Shown piece by piece: positions 16,280 to 29,564 of a stretch of DNA of 52,273 bases (position 1 is its first letter; each line of letters opens with the position of its first letter). The position numbers were made by a program, and so were the translations under genes. This DNA comes from a virus (Duplodnaviria > Caudoviricetes), in the IMG/VR virus record IMGVR_UViG_3300025382_000011, positions 1 to 52,273 of that record, one strand, 5' to 3'. Below the pieces are notes generated by a model. The model saw only the letters and a program-made list of their open reading frames with translations, was not told where the DNA came from and did not search any database.

Positions 16280-16542
16280 TGGCGAAGACCCCGGCATGGA
16301 CGCGAAAAGAAGGGAAGAACCCGAAAGGGGGCTTGAACGCGAAAGGTCGCGCAAGCGCAAAGGCGGAAGGGCACAATCTTAAACCGCCCGCCCCGCACCC
16401 GAAAACCGAAAAAGACGCTGGACGGCGGAAGTCGTTTTGCGCCCGGATGGAAGGGATGAAGGAAAAGCTCACGGGGGAAAAAGCAAAGCGCGACCCCAAC
16501 AGCCGCATCAACAAATCACTCCGAGCGTGGAACTGCAAATGA
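16279..16542 (+). CDS. small basic phage protein (DUF6321-like)
   Basis: MAKTPAWTRKEGKNPKGGLNAKGRAS..RRKSFCARM..SRINKSLRAWNC. Confidence 0.75.
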   Translation: MAKTPAWTRKEGKNPKGGLNAKGRASAKAEGHNLKPPAPHPKTEKDAGRRKSFCARMEGMKEKLTGEKAKRDPNSRINKSLRAWNCK

Positions 16543-16733
16543 AAAAAGGCAAATGTTCTGAATGTGGGGGCAAGGATAAGCCCGTCTGGGAAAAGCCAAG
16601 GCCGAAAGACTTGCCAAAGCCCAAGGCACTAAGCCCCGCGAAAAAGGCCTCTGCGAAAGCTGCGGCGAAAGCTGCCGGACGGCCATACCCGAACCTTGTC
16701 GATAATATGAGAGCTGCAAAGAAGAAGAAATGA
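16539..16733 (+). CDS. small Lys/Ala-rich protein
   Basis: ATGA-coupled start at 16539; KPVWEKPRPK..AGRPYPNLVDNMRAAKKKK. Confidence 0.7.
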   Translation: MKKGKCSECGGKDKPVWEKPRPKDLPKPKALSPAKKASAKAAAKAAGRPYPNLVDNMRAAKKKK

Positions 16734-17089
16734 CAAGAGCGATTTACTGGTTTGATGAGCCGGAAGAACACAACTATCCGGCGGGCGCGGAATATTTGTC
16801 CTTGCTGATCACTCCCGCTGCGGCAAAGGTGATGATAGACCGCTTGCGGTCTGCGCCGCTTTCGCACTTCAAAGCGAAGGATATTCTAAGAGCTTCGGGG
16901 CTTTCGCCGCTAGGCATTTCGAACGATCAAGTCGAACACACGCTTGACAAGATCAGACATGATAAAAAGCTCTCGCCCCTTTTACTGGTGCGCTCTTCGA
17001 ATGCTTTAATCATCGCTGACGGGTATCACAGACTTTGTGCGGTCTATGAACATGATGAAGATATGAAAATCCCGTGTAAGATAATTTAA
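16730..17089 (+). CDS. ParB/sulfiredoxin-like domain protein
   Basis: LSPLLLVR..LIIADGYHRLCAV. Confidence 0.65.
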   Translation: MTRAIYWFDEPEEHNYPAGAEYLSLLITPAAAKVMIDRLRSAPLSHFKAKDILRASGLSPLGISNDQVEHTLDKIRHDKKLSPLLLVRSSNALIIADGYHRLCAVYEHDEDMKIPCKII

Positions 17090-17165
17090 GAGTTATTACA
17101 TATAAAATTGACTTGACAGGAGTTTTGTGTGTAAATACAGGACCTTGTGAGAAAGGACTGTCACA

Positions 17166-17330
17166 ATGCCGTCAAAAAGCAAAGCTCAGCATAATCTCAT
17201 GGCAATGGTCGCCCATGACCCAAAGGCTGCTAAGAGATTGAAAATTCCCCAAAAGGTTGGGAAAGAATTCGAAGCCGCCGATAAAGGCCGCACTAAAAAA
17301 CTTCCAGAAAAGGTGAAGAAAAAGAAGTGA
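17166..17330 (+). CDS. small basic protein (54 aa)
   Basis: Manual translation MPSKSKAQHNLMAMVAHDPKAAKRLKIPQKVGKEFEAADKGRTKKLPEKVKKKK; AAGGA RBS. Confidence 0.7.
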   Translation: MPSKSKAQHNLMAMVAHDPKAAKRLKIPQKVGKEFEAADKGRTKKLPEKVKKKK

Positions 17331-17363
17331 CGCTCAAACCGCCCGGAAGGGTTGGAGGTTATT

Positions 17364-18458
17364 GTGGCACAAAAAACAATATCAGAAGCGGAGCAACAAA
17401 AAACATTAGAAGCGATGAGGAAGTATAAGAAGGCTGACGGGACCTACGACTTCTATAAAATCGCAGATGCACTTGGAATTCATAAAGTAACAGCGCATAG
17501 ACGGGTGCATTTTCTTACGAATAAAACGAAAGATCGGGAAAGTTTAAGACGATTTAGCGCCCCGTCGCTCCCGCATAGATCCAGACAGATTGATGAATTA
17601 ATTCAAGATCGATTGGTGGAAAGCCAAAGGGTTATTGAGGCAGATGAGGCGCGGGAACTTATCGATATTAAAGTGAATATTGACGGGCCTTACGGATTGC
17701 TGATCTTTGGCGACCCGCATATTGATGACCCCGGCTGCGCGTTTCACCTTTTGAAATCTCATATCGAACTTGCCCAGCAACACCCCCACATTTTGGCCTG
17801 TAATATCGGGGACCTTGCGAACAACTGGGTCGGGCGGCTTGCGCGGCTCTACGCAGATCAATCGGTCACAGCCCGCGAAAGCTGGACACTTGTGGAATGG
17901 ATGGTCAAAAGTGTGAATTGGTTGTTTATTATTGCTGGAAATCATGACCTCTGGGCGGGCTCGGGCGATCCCGTGGTGTGGTTCACAAAACAAGTGGGGT
18001 CGCTTTACGAAGATCATGGAGTCAGGCTGGCCTTGCGGCAACCGTGTGGTGTTGTGACTCGTATTCATGCTCGCCATGACTTTCCGGGGCACAGCATTTG
18101 GAACTCCATGCACGGTCCCAAAAGGGAACTCATCACAGGCTTCCGCGATCACATTCTTGTCGCAGGACACAGGCATATTGGTGGAGATGAAGGCACAATC
18201 AGCCCGGATGGAATATGTGCCCAGTTGGTGCGGGTAAGTGGTTATAAGTTGGCAGACACCTATGCCCGAACTTTGGGGCTTAAAAAGATGCCGATACACC
18301 CAGCCGCACTTGTCATTGTGGACCCCCGCGAACCAGAAAATTCAAGGGGTAGAGCGTGGTGCGCGCCGACAGTTGAAATTGGCGTGAAGATGCTGGATGC
18401 TATTCGGGCCGATTACGATCAAAAGGTTTCGACCGGAGGTCGAAGGGGGCGGAAATGA
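17364..18458 (+). CDS. calcineurin-like metallophosphoesterase with N-terminal HTH
   Basis: GDPH, GDLANN, AGNHD, HARH and GHRH motifs; FYKIADALGIHKVTAHRRV (HTH). GTG start follows GGAGG. Confidence 0.85.
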   Translation: MAQKTISEAEQQKTLEAMRKYKKADGTYDFYKIADALGIHKVTAHRRVHFLTNKTKDRESLRRFSAPSLPHRSRQIDELIQDRLVESQRVIEADEARELIDIKVNIDGPYGLLIFGDPHIDDPGCAFHLLKSHIELAQQHPHILACNIGDLANNWVGRLARLYADQSVTARESWTLVEWMVKSVNWLFIIAGNHDLWAGSGDPVVWFTKQVGSLYEDHGVRLALRQPCGVVTRIHARHDFPGHSIWNSMHGPKRELITGFRDHILVAGHRHIGGDEGTISPDGICAQLVRVSGYKLADTYARTLGLKKMPIHPAALVIVDPREPENSRGRAWCAPTVEIGVKMLDAIRADYDQKVSTGGRRGRK

Positions 18459-18679
18459 GTGATGTTGAAATGATCCCGGAGACTGAAATCATTTACGCAG
18501 ACGGTTATGCACAAAGATGTGAAGTTATCCGTCAACTCATCTTGACTTATGAAGAAATGCAGTCAGAAGAAGGAAAGGCGGCTTTGCTTCGTGCCGTGGA
18601 CAGATTGATGTGTTCTATCCCGGTCGTTGAACCGAAAAGTGCGTCAGTTAGCAAACTCAAAGACAAGACTTCTCTCTGA
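18455..18679 (+). CDS. hypothetical protein
   Basis: ATGA-coupled ORF. Confidence 0.65.
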   Translation: MSDVEMIPETEIIYADGYAQRCEVIRQLILTYEEMQSEEGKAALLRAVDRLMCSIPVVEPKSASVSKLKDKTSL

Positions 18680-18693
18680 AAGGGGCTTCGCCC

Positions 18694-19164
18694 GTGACCT
18701 TTCGCCATATCGTGGGGCTTCATTATGCAGCAATGTGCTTGCGCCCCGCGAATTTACCAAAGTCCCGACCGAAAGGGGCGAAGGCTGCAGGGTTGAGGTA
18801 TGAAAAAGCCCTTGCAGCGGCGATCCCAAGGGCAGAACACGGGCAGTGGTTTGAATTTACCGACATGAACGGGCCCGGACATTGCCAGATGGACTTGTTG
18901 ATTGTCGGAAATAAGAGAGTTGTGATTATTGAGTGTAAGCTGACGGATGTGCAGGCAGGCAGAGCGCAAATTGAAGACTTATATTTCCCGATTGCCCGCA
19001 AAGTGTGGCCTGATAAAAAGCCTTTAGGTATTGTGGCAGCTCGGCATTTGTCGAAGGAAAACCAGTTAGAACTCGTTGAAGACACTTTGAAGGGCGCGAT
19101 TTTGAGGGCTGAGACACAAAACGTGATCCCGACGCTGCATTGGATTGAAAGAGGGCCGATTTGA
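18694..19164 (+). CDS. PD-(D/E)XK endonuclease-like protein
   Basis: GLRYE..QMDLLIV..IIECKL..AQIEDLY. Confidence 0.65.
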   Translation: MTFRHIVGLHYAAMCLRPANLPKSRPKGAKAAGLRYEKALAAAIPRAEHGQWFEFTDMNGPGHCQMDLLIVGNKRVVIIECKLTDVQAGRAQIEDLYFPIARKVWPDKKPLGIVAARHLSKENQLELVEDTLKGAILRAETQNVIPTLHWIERGPI

Positions 19165-19256
19165 GGGCAAAAACTTGCAGATTTGCGCCTTGCTGGGTTG
19201 ACTAAATGGGCGAAAATGTTGAATATTGTGCGCTGTATGCGAAAGGGGCGAGGCCC

Positions 19257-19526
19257 ATGGCAAAAGGTAATGATAGCGCGAAGATTTTGGCTGCAAGGCC
19301 AGTTCGAGGTTCGCGGGCAGGCACAATTCACCACTCATTTAACTATGAATTGAGTGAAAATGGGGCTTTCGAAAGAGTTGCTCGGAAGGGCAACGCAGTT
19401 TATGAGTCTGAAAATCGGACTCCTTCGGAAAATCCCGATTACCAATCTGGCGTCACACAGAATGTTGGAACTCCCGCGCAAGGTGACGGTTTGCGCAACG
19501 CGATCTCGCACATAAGAGGCAAATGA
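19257..19526 (+). CDS. hypothetical protein
   Basis: Start MAKGND; ATGA-coupled to the next gene. Confidence 0.6.
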   Translation: MAKGNDSAKILAARPVRGSRAGTIHHSFNYELSENGAFERVARKGNAVYESENRTPSENPDYQSGVTQNVGTPAQGDGLRNAISHIRGK

Positions 19527-20008
19527 TGAAGAAAGTTGCTCTTTATGGCAGTTTGCTTGCGCTTTTCGGCGCAACAGCTGCTTTTGGCGCTGGCCAGTTT
19601 CCTGGCTATCCGCTTGCTACCTCCTCCCCGATTGCAGGTAATGCTACGACCCTACCACTGACGGGTAATGAAACGATCCCAGCTGACACCAACCTGACGC
19701 AGAGCTATAATGGTCTGACGGTCGGCAGCATTCAGCCACAGACGGAATTGATCCAGACCTCGCAGCTTCGTGCTTACATCCTGTCTGGTTCGAGCGTTGC
19801 TACGTATGTGTTGCCTTTGATTTCGACGATTGCTACGCTTCCTTCTTGCACGGCTGCTTTGCAGGGCGCAGTTGCTACGGTTAGCAATGGCACGGCTTAT
19901 GCCACGGGCACGTATGGTTCGGCTGTAAGTGCTACGGGTGCAGTTACTCGCGTTGTGGTCTGCACGAACACGGGCGGCGCTACGACCTATGCTTGGGCAT
20001 ACAATTAA
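19523..20008 (+). CDS. virion-module protein with predicted signal peptide
   Basis: MKKVALYGSLLALFGATAAFG-A, then a T/A/G-rich body with IATLPSC...VVC..W (fibre/decoration-like). Confidence 0.7.
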   Translation: MMKKVALYGSLLALFGATAAFGAGQFPGYPLATSSPIAGNATTLPLTGNETIPADTNLTQSYNGLTVGSIQPQTELIQTSQLRAYILSGSSVATYVLPLISTIATLPSCTAALQGAVATVSNGTAYATGTYGSAVSATGAVTRVVVCTNTGGATTYAWAYN

Positions 20009-20019
20009 GTTCGCCTGCA

Positions 20020-20048
20020 TGAAGGGGGCCTAGCCCCCTTCACCTTTT
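20020..20048 (+). terminator. rho-independent terminator
   Basis: tgaagggggc-cta-gcccccttca then cctttt. Confidence 0.7.
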
Positions 20049-20060
20049 AGGAAATTTTCA

Positions 20061-20333
20061 ATGGCTTATCCTACAGCAGATGCGAAGTTTAACGACTATC
20101 TCCATGGTGTTGATAGCAAACTTGTGCCTTTGCGGGATGGGACTTATGCGAATGCGGTGCTGGCATTTCAGCCCCTCGCGCCTTCAAATTACGATTACAT
20201 TGCTTTAGGTTACACTGGGTCGAATTTGACGACTGTTCGATATTATCAAGGCGGGGCTAGCGGAACTTTGATGGTTACGCTTACCCTTGCGTATGATGGC
20301 TCAAATAATCTGATTTCAGTAACGCGGAGTTAA
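20061..20333 (+). CDS. small virion-associated protein
   Basis: [37 protein letters not shown]; lies just before the fibre gene. Confidence 0.65.
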   Translation: MAYPTADAKFNDYLHGVDSKLVPLRDGTYANAVLAFQPLAPSNYDYIALGYTGSNLTTVRYYQGGASGTLMVTLTLAYDGSNNLISVTRS

Positions 20334-20334
20334 G

Positions 20335-23781
<3,447 letters not shown>

Positions 23782-23791
23782 GGGGCGAGAT

Positions 23792-24127
23792 ATGGCGAAT
23801 ACTTATTCTTGGTTAATTTCTGGTGTTGAGACAAATCCGGCTGTTGGGGACTTGACGGATGTAGTTCGTCTAGTGCATTGGAGACGGCAAGTTACGGATG
23901 GAACGAATACAACAGATATTTATGGGGCAGAAAATATCGAATTAAATCTTTCCGAAAAATTTACATCTTTTTCTGACTTAACTCCTGCAATTATTGAGGG
24001 ATGGTTAGAGGAGGCGTTAGGTGCGGATAAGATTTCTGCACTTAATTCCACGCTTGACCAAAAACTTGCAGATGTTGTCAACCCTCCTGTAGTAAACAAA
24101 CCTTTACCATGGGAGTTAGTAATTTAA
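23792..24127 (+). CDS. fibre-associated/assembly protein
   Basis: TYSW..LTDVVRLVHWR..FSDLT..GW..LPW pattern typical of genes following phage fibres. Confidence 0.65.
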   Translation: MANTYSWLISGVETNPAVGDLTDVVRLVHWRRQVTDGTNTTDIYGAENIELNLSEKFTSFSDLTPAIIEGWLEEALGADKISALNSTLDQKLADVVNPPVVNKPLPWELVI

Positions 24128-24139
24128 TAGGAGCCGAAA

Positions 24140-24322
24140 ATGGAGCATGTAAAAGTTAGCATTGAGTTGACTGTAGCTCAATGGAATGTGGTTATGCAGG
24201 GGGTTGGTAATTTACCTTTTGCGCAGGTATCTGAAATTGTGCCTTTGATGAGGATGCAGGCTGAACGCCAACTTTCGGCAATGCAAGAACCGCAGATGGC
24301 ATCAGAAATTCAGCCTTCGTAA
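24140..24322 (+). CDS. small fibre-module protein
   Basis: AGGAG RBS; ELTVAQWNVVMQGVGNLPFAQV. Confidence 0.65.
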   Translation: MEHVKVSIELTVAQWNVVMQGVGNLPFAQVSEIVPLMRMQAERQLSAMQEPQMASEIQPS

Positions 24323-24351
24323 TAAAATCCTGGCATAGAGAGGGGCAATCT

Positions 24352-25452
24352 ATGGCAAGGTCATTGAAAATCTGCGTTTACGCGATCAGCAAAAATGAAG
24401 AACAATTTATGGAGCGGTTTTGCCGATCTGCAGAGGATGCGGATTTAGTTTTAATCGCTGATACAGGATCGACGGACGAAACTGTCGCTTTGGCTCAAAA
24501 GGCTGGAGCGGTGGTTTATAACATTTGTATATCTCCTTGGCGTTTTGACCATGCGAGGAATGCAGCGCTGGCGCTTGTTCCGGGGGATTTTGATGTTTGT
24601 ATAAGTTTGGACTTAGATGAAGTGCTGGAACCCGGATGGAGAGAGGAAGTTGAAAGAGTTTGGGAACCAGATGCGACAAGAATGCGGTATCTGTTTGATT
24701 GGGGAAGCGGCTTAGTTTTTAATGCGGAAAAAATTCATTCAAGAAAAGGATATTTCTGGCACCACCCGTGCCATGAATACCCAAGGCTTGATGCGAGAGT
24801 GTCAGAAAAATACGTTAATTCTGACAAATTACTCGTCAGCCATTACGCAGATAATTCAAAAAGTAGAGGACATTATTTTGATCTTTTAGCCCTTTCGGTA
24901 AAAGAAGACCCTTATTGTGCGAGAAATGCGTTTTATTACGCGAGGGAGTTGTATTTTTACGGACGTTTTGATGAAAGTATTGTGGAGCTTCAAAGATATT
25001 TGGAGATGCCGAATGCTGTTTGGCACCATGAACGCTGCTATGCTTTGCGGGTGATGGGAAAATGTTATGAGGCAAAGGGGCTGATAGAGGTGGCAGAGGG
25101 GGCGTATCATCGGGCGGCTGCGGAAGCGCCGTTTACCCGGGAACCTTGGATGGCGCTGGCAAATATGTTCCATGCTCAAGGGCGCTGGGCGGATTGTTAT
25201 GCCGCAGCCCTTCGTGCGCTTCAAATTACCCAAAGAGAACACGTTTATACCTGTGAACCGGAAAGCTGGGGAGCTTTACCGCATGATTTAGCGAGTATCG
25301 GGGCGTGGCATTTGGGATTGAAGCGGGAAGCTCTGCATCATGTCCAAGAAGCCCTTGTTTTTGCACCTGACAATTTGCGCTTGCAAGGAAATGCTAAATT
25401 GTTTGAGGACTCAATTAGCCCCATTAAAGAGGCAGAAAGTGTTGTGGAATAG
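24352..25452 (+). CDS. family 2 glycosyltransferase with C-terminal TPR repeats
   Basis: ICVYAISKNEE, ADTGSTD, FDHARNAAL, SLDLDE (DxD), HE, FYYARE, then TPR helices. Confidence 0.9.
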   Translation: MARSLKICVYAISKNEEQFMERFCRSAEDADLVLIADTGSTDETVALAQKAGAVVYNICISPWRFDHARNAALALVPGDFDVCISLDLDEVLEPGWREEVERVWEPDATRMRYLFDWGSGLVFNAEKIHSRKGYFWHHPCHEYPRLDARVSEKYVNSDKLLVSHYADNSKSRGHYFDLLALSVKEDPYCARNAFYYARELYFYGRFDESIVELQRYLEMPNAVWHHERCYALRVMGKCYEAKGLIEVAEGAYHRAAAEAPFTREPWMALANMFHAQGRWADCYAAALRALQITQREHVYTCEPESWGALPHDLASIGAWHLGLKREALHHVQEALVFAPDNLRLQGNAKLFEDSISPIKEAESVVE

Positions 25453-25505
25453 GTGTCAAGCCGAAAATAATGTGGTAGGCTTTGCGCGATTAAAAGGATT
25501 GTAGA

Positions 25506-26882
25506 ATGACAACTCCAGATCCGTTTGCCCCCGGCTATCGTTTAACCGATGGCAATCAATTAAACAATAGAATTGCGAACCCGCAGTGGTCTACGTCAGT
25601 TGCGGTTTCAGCAACTCCCGGTGGCACGGCTCTTAATTCTGTTAAAGTAACGAATGCTATTACTAATGTTGCTTACGCATCTGTGTCGGGGGCTGGACTA
25701 GTTCTTCCTCAAGCTATTCCGGGCACAGTTTTAGTCGTTGTTAATAATTCTGCGTATGACATAAGAGTTTTTGCAGATGGTGGTTCGACGGTTAATGGGT
25801 TGCCGGGGGTAATTGGCATTTTACAGCCAACTTTAATAACCAGTTTTTATGTGGCAGTTGCAACTAATGTTTGGCAGCAAGCTATCAACACGAATAATTT
25901 TGGATCATTTACTCAAGGATCTGTAATTTTTGCTGGAGCAGGATCTTTAGCGCAAGATAATGCAAATTTTTATTGGGATGATACGAACAATCGACTTGGA
26001 ATTGGCACATCTGGCCCGTCTTTTCAGTTAGATGTCCAAAGTAATTCTTCGACTATTGGCTCAGTAATTCGTGCTTATAACGCAAATTCTTCCTCTACAT
26101 CTTATGCGGGGCTGATTGCGGGTAATGCTCATGGAGAAACTGGTGCGTTTTACGCATATCAAGGAGGACTGTGGCTCGGTTCGACTTCAAATAATCCGCT
26201 TATCTTCCTTGGCAATAATACGGAAGCATTTAGATTAAATCCTACTGGTGAAATTCAGTTTACGAATGCCGTAGGAACTGCTGCATTTCCAAATAAAATT
26301 CAGTTTTATAGTCTAGGTGGAGTTATTTATGGCGTTGGTGTTGCTACTGGTGAACTCCTTTACAACGCTGGTGATGGACATCATGCGTTTTATACTGGAG
26401 GATCAACGCCTGTAAAAGCTGCACAGATTGCTTCTACAGGGTTGACACTTTACGGAACTTCAAGTGGAGGGGTGTCGATTAACCCTGCGGCGGCTGCGGG
26501 AACGTATAACTTTAATCTTCCTACAACGGCAGGCTCGGCGGGATATGTGCTGACAAGTCAGGGCGGCGGTAGTAACGCTATGACTTGGACGCAGCTTCTA
26601 AACAATACCTCGCCAATTACAACAATCACAACTGGCACTACGCTTACAAGTGCAAATGGGACGGTGCTTTGTAATGCGGCTGGAGGGGCGATCACTGTGA
26701 CGTTGCCAACTGCATCCGGGAATACGGGTTTAATTTTGCCGATTAAAAAGATTGATGCAACTGCAAATGCCGTAACGATTTCAAGTGCAAGTTTGATCGA
26801 CGGACAGACGGCGCAAATGATATTTATTCAGTATCAGTCGCTTACGGTTCAATCTGACGGCACAACTTGGTGGGTGATCTAA
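25506..26882 (+). CDS. fibre protein whose N-terminal domain is paralogous to 39712-40110
   Basis: NFYWDDTNNRLGIGT fibre motif; the N-terminal ~125 aa align with the 132-aa protein. Confidence 0.8.
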   Translation: MTTPDPFAPGYRLTDGNQLNNRIANPQWSTSVAVSATPGGTALNSVKVTNAITNVAYASVSGAGLVLPQAIPGTVLVVVNNSAYDIRVFADGGSTVNGLPGVIGILQPTLITSFYVAVATNVWQQAINTNNFGSFTQGSVIFAGAGSLAQDNANFYWDDTNNRLGIGTSGPSFQLDVQSNSSTIGSVIRAYNANSSSTSYAGLIAGNAHGETGAFYAYQGGLWLGSTSNNPLIFLGNNTEAFRLNPTGEIQFTNAVGTAAFPNKIQFYSLGGVIYGVGVATGELLYNAGDGHHAFYTGGSTPVKAAQIASTGLTLYGTSSGGVSINPAAAAGTYNFNLPTTAGSAGYVLTSQGGGSNAMTWTQLLNNTSPITTITTGTTLTSANGTVLCNAAGGAITVTLPTASGNTGLILPIKKIDATANAVTISSASLIDGQTAQMIFIQYQSLTVQSDGTTWWVI

Positions 26883-28243
26883 TGACTTATACGCCTCCGT
26901 TTATTCGTTCGCAGAATTTCTTGCCAAATTGTCAATGGCAGCTTGCGTCGAATATGCCGTATCTGACAAATCCCCTTCCAACTAAGATGAAGGAAAATGG
27001 GACAGGCCCGCAGACAGCTGTAACCGCTACACTTTCAAGTTCATATGTAAATAATAATCAGCCACGATTGTCTACGACGAATACACAGGAGATGCGAGTA
27101 GGTGATATAGTTTTTTGTGATAATCTTTCATTTTGGGGATATTCTGGTCGAGGGCGTCCTACAACTACTGCATTTTTATGCACAAACCGTGTGCCGTATC
27201 TCGTTGCAAATACGGAATTTGATGTAGTTGGGCATTTTGGCAGCGTTTGCCCTTCCTCGGCAGGAACTTTCACAATTACGCCGATTGGAACTGTGCTTCC
27301 TTCGGGGTCAGGACAGTGTTTTGATGGATGGAAACGCTCGCCTACTCTGACAAATTGGGCTGATGATTGGCCATCGAATAATTGCCCCGGAACAATTCGA
27401 ACACTCGGTTCACGTAAAGGCTCGGCTTCAGCGGAGGTGGTGTATTGGACTTGCCCTCCGGGGCGAATTGGTCGGTATCAAGGGCGTTTAATTACGTTTG
27501 GTGCATTGATTAAGCAAAGAGTGCAGAGTGGAGCTGGAACTGCCCGCCTTTTTATCAATGACGGTGTAAGTGGAATTGTTTATTCAAACTCAACCGTTGG
27601 AGCTGCGTATTCTGATCCAGTTTATGGTGGGTTTGAATTTGTAACGGTTACAGCGCGGGTATCTACATCTTCAACATTACTTCAAATTGGTTTGGAGATG
27701 GATGGTGCGTTAAATGACGTTTATTACATGGGCACACCTACAGCGATTTTTGGCTCAGGTTTGACGGTGGACGATCTTGGTCAACCTTCAACTGAAATCA
27801 TTCGTCCAGTTGGTCACTGGAACCCGCCTCTGTTGACTCCTTATTGCATCAATTTTCCATCAACAGGTTTTGCTACGGGACTCTACGGATATAATGAGCA
27901 GGACTTTGAGGCGATCTCGAATGGCGTTTGCCATAAAACTGTCCCGATGGCGAAGTGCAAATATGAATGGGACACGGGAACTGCTGGTGCGCAATTATTT
28001 ATCGCATCAGACTTTTTATATTTGAACTTCGGACCTCACGCTATTCAGCAAGTTGTAGGTGGAACTGCCCCGGACTACATCCGAGATGTCGCCCAAACAT
28101 GGCATGTTTTCTCGGAAACAGGAAAGTTCTGCGTGTTCACCAATATCGGAGGATTTGATCCAACGGCAGGTGGGCATAGTGGCGCGACTTGCGATTACGA
28201 TGTCGTTGTGTTGGCGATGCAGGAAGGCTCAGTGCTTTACTAA
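26882..28243 (+). CDS. putative receptor-binding/carbohydrate-binding virion protein
   Basis: Start MTYTPP overlaps the upstream TAA. Beta-rich, QNFLPNCQWQ..DGW..YQGRLITFGA pattern. Confidence 0.55.
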   Translation: MTYTPPFIRSQNFLPNCQWQLASNMPYLTNPLPTKMKENGTGPQTAVTATLSSSYVNNNQPRLSTTNTQEMRVGDIVFCDNLSFWGYSGRGRPTTTAFLCTNRVPYLVANTEFDVVGHFGSVCPSSAGTFTITPIGTVLPSGSGQCFDGWKRSPTLTNWADDWPSNNCPGTIRTLGSRKGSASAEVVYWTCPPGRIGRYQGRLITFGALIKQRVQSGAGTARLFINDGVSGIVYSNSTVGAAYSDPVYGGFEFVTVTARVSTSSTLLQIGLEMDGALNDVYYMGTPTAIFGSGLTVDDLGQPSTEIIRPVGHWNPPLLTPYCINFPSTGFATGLYGYNEQDFEAISNGVCHKTVPMAKCKYEWDTGTAGAQLFIASDFLYLNFGPHAIQQVVGGTAPDYIRDVAQTWHVFSETGKFCVFTNIGGFDPTAGGHSGATCDYDVVVLAMQEGSVLY

Positions 28244-28254
28244 AAGGTAAGTAA

Positions 28255-28782
28255 ATGAATAGAGCGTATTTCTTCGACAGAATTAGACATGCGGTGTTTG
28301 GGGGGAAACTCTCAACATCGCAGGTTGAAGGAATTACGAAGATTTTAGACTATCGAGATAGTAATTATAAAGGCGTGACGGACGATCAGTTGGCGTATAT
28401 TTTGGCGACCATTGTTCGGGAAACAGGTTTTAAGATGCAGCCTGTGAGGGAGATGGGAAGCGCAAAATACTTACAATCAAAACCTTACTGGCCATGGGTG
28501 GGTGAAGGCTTGGTCCAAGTGACGTGGAAAGTAAACGCAATGAAATTTGGGGCGAAAAAGCCCGGAGATTTGATGACATGGCCGATAGCCCTGCAAGCTG
28601 CTTTTCAAGGGATGGTGAAAGGCATGTTTACAGGAAAAAAGCTCTCTGATTACATTTTTGACGGGAAATGTGATTATGTGGGCGCAAGAAGAATTATAAA
28701 TGGACAGGACAAAGCGAAATTAATCGCGGGATATGCTCGGGCTTTTCAATATGCTCTGAAAAGAGCAAATGAGGTTAAGTGA
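28255..28782 (+). CDS. endolysin, glycoside hydrolase family 19-like
   Basis: LAYILATIVRETG..PVRE, GEGLVQVTW..N, GMFTGKKLSDY, ARRIING.DKA. Confidence 0.85.
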   Translation: MNRAYFFDRIRHAVFGGKLSTSQVEGITKILDYRDSNYKGVTDDQLAYILATIVRETGFKMQPVREMGSAKYLQSKPYWPWVGEGLVQVTWKVNAMKFGAKKPGDLMTWPIALQAAFQGMVKGMFTGKKLSDYIFDGKCDYVGARRIINGQDKAKLIAGYARAFQYALKRANEVK

Positions 28783-28970
28783 TGGAGAGAGATCTGCGCT
28801 TATACACATTTGCAGCGACGAGTTGGATAGTGCTTTTATGTGCGACATTGGGTTTTTTGACAGGGTGTTCGCAGATAGAAGGAGATGGTTTCACGAATAA
28901 CGGTGAAGCCAAAAAGCAAGTGCTTTGTAAGAAAATTACAAGCACATTTACACGGTGTTACAACAAATAG
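28779..28970 (+). CDS. small lipoprotein
   Basis: Hydrophobic stretch followed by the lipobox LTGC. Confidence 0.55.
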   Translation: MMERDLRLYTFAATSWIVLLCATLGFLTGCSQIEGDGFTNNGEAKKQVLCKKITSTFTRCYNK

Positions 28971-28979
28971 GAGACATAG

Positions 28980-29192
28980 ATGAGCACGTTTATTCAAAAC
29001 TACTTTGTAAATAACTGGCGCACAACGGCTTCTGGTGTGTTGCTGGCGATCCTTGTTGGCTTGCATTACGCTGGGATTAATGTTCCGGGTCTTGCAATCC
29101 CTTCAGATAGCGGTTCGCAGATTGCGATGATCCTTTCAGCGCTGGGCTTGATTGCTGCGAAAGATGGCGGCACGACAGGCGTGGCGAAATGA
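28980..29192 (+). CDS. holin
   Basis: NWRTTASG, two TM segments, GLIAAKD; lies in the lysis cassette. Confidence 0.7.
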   Translation: MSTFIQNYFVNNWRTTASGVLLAILVGLHYAGINVPGLAIPSDSGSQIAMILSALGLIAAKDGGTTGVAK

Positions 29193-29437
29193 GCGCAACG
29201 CTTATTTCAGCACTCATTTCCTTTTTAAGTGGATTAATGAGTGCTGCGGTAAGTGCTTTTAATTGGCTGCACGATCAACAACTTGTGCAGTCAGGTAAGG
29301 CACAGCAGCAATTGGATGATTTGAAAGGGCAAATCCATGATGTTCAAATTGCGATTGCTGCACGGGAGGCTGTTCGGGCTGATGTTGCTAAGCACCCTGA
29401 CAGCCTGCCAGTCAACGACCCTTTCATCCGAGACTGA
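29189..29437 (+). CDS. i-spanin (Rz-like)
   Basis: N-terminal TM segment plus coiled coil; overlapped by a lipoprotein gene. Confidence 0.7.
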   Translation: MSATLISALISFLSGLMSAAVSAFNWLHDQQLVQSGKAQQQLDDLKGQIHDVQIAIAAREAVRADVAKHPDSLPVNDPFIRD

Positions 29438-29564
29438 CAAAGCGTCTTTTTGTCAGGCTGCGAGAGCTATTTACTATTCAAGACATGATACTGCGCCTAC
29501 AATCGCGCAGATTAGGGAACACAATGCGGTCGGCGTGGCCTTGAAATGCGGATGGATAAAATGA
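29337..29564 (+). CDS. o-spanin (Rz1-like lipoprotein)
   Basis: Overlaps the i-spanin in a shifted frame; lipobox LTAC; FC..I..SRHDT..T..QIREHNA..CGW. Confidence 0.75.
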   Translation: MMFKLRLLHGRLFGLMLLSTLTACQSTTLSSETDKASFCQAARAIYYSRHDTAPTIAQIREHNAVGVALKCGWIK

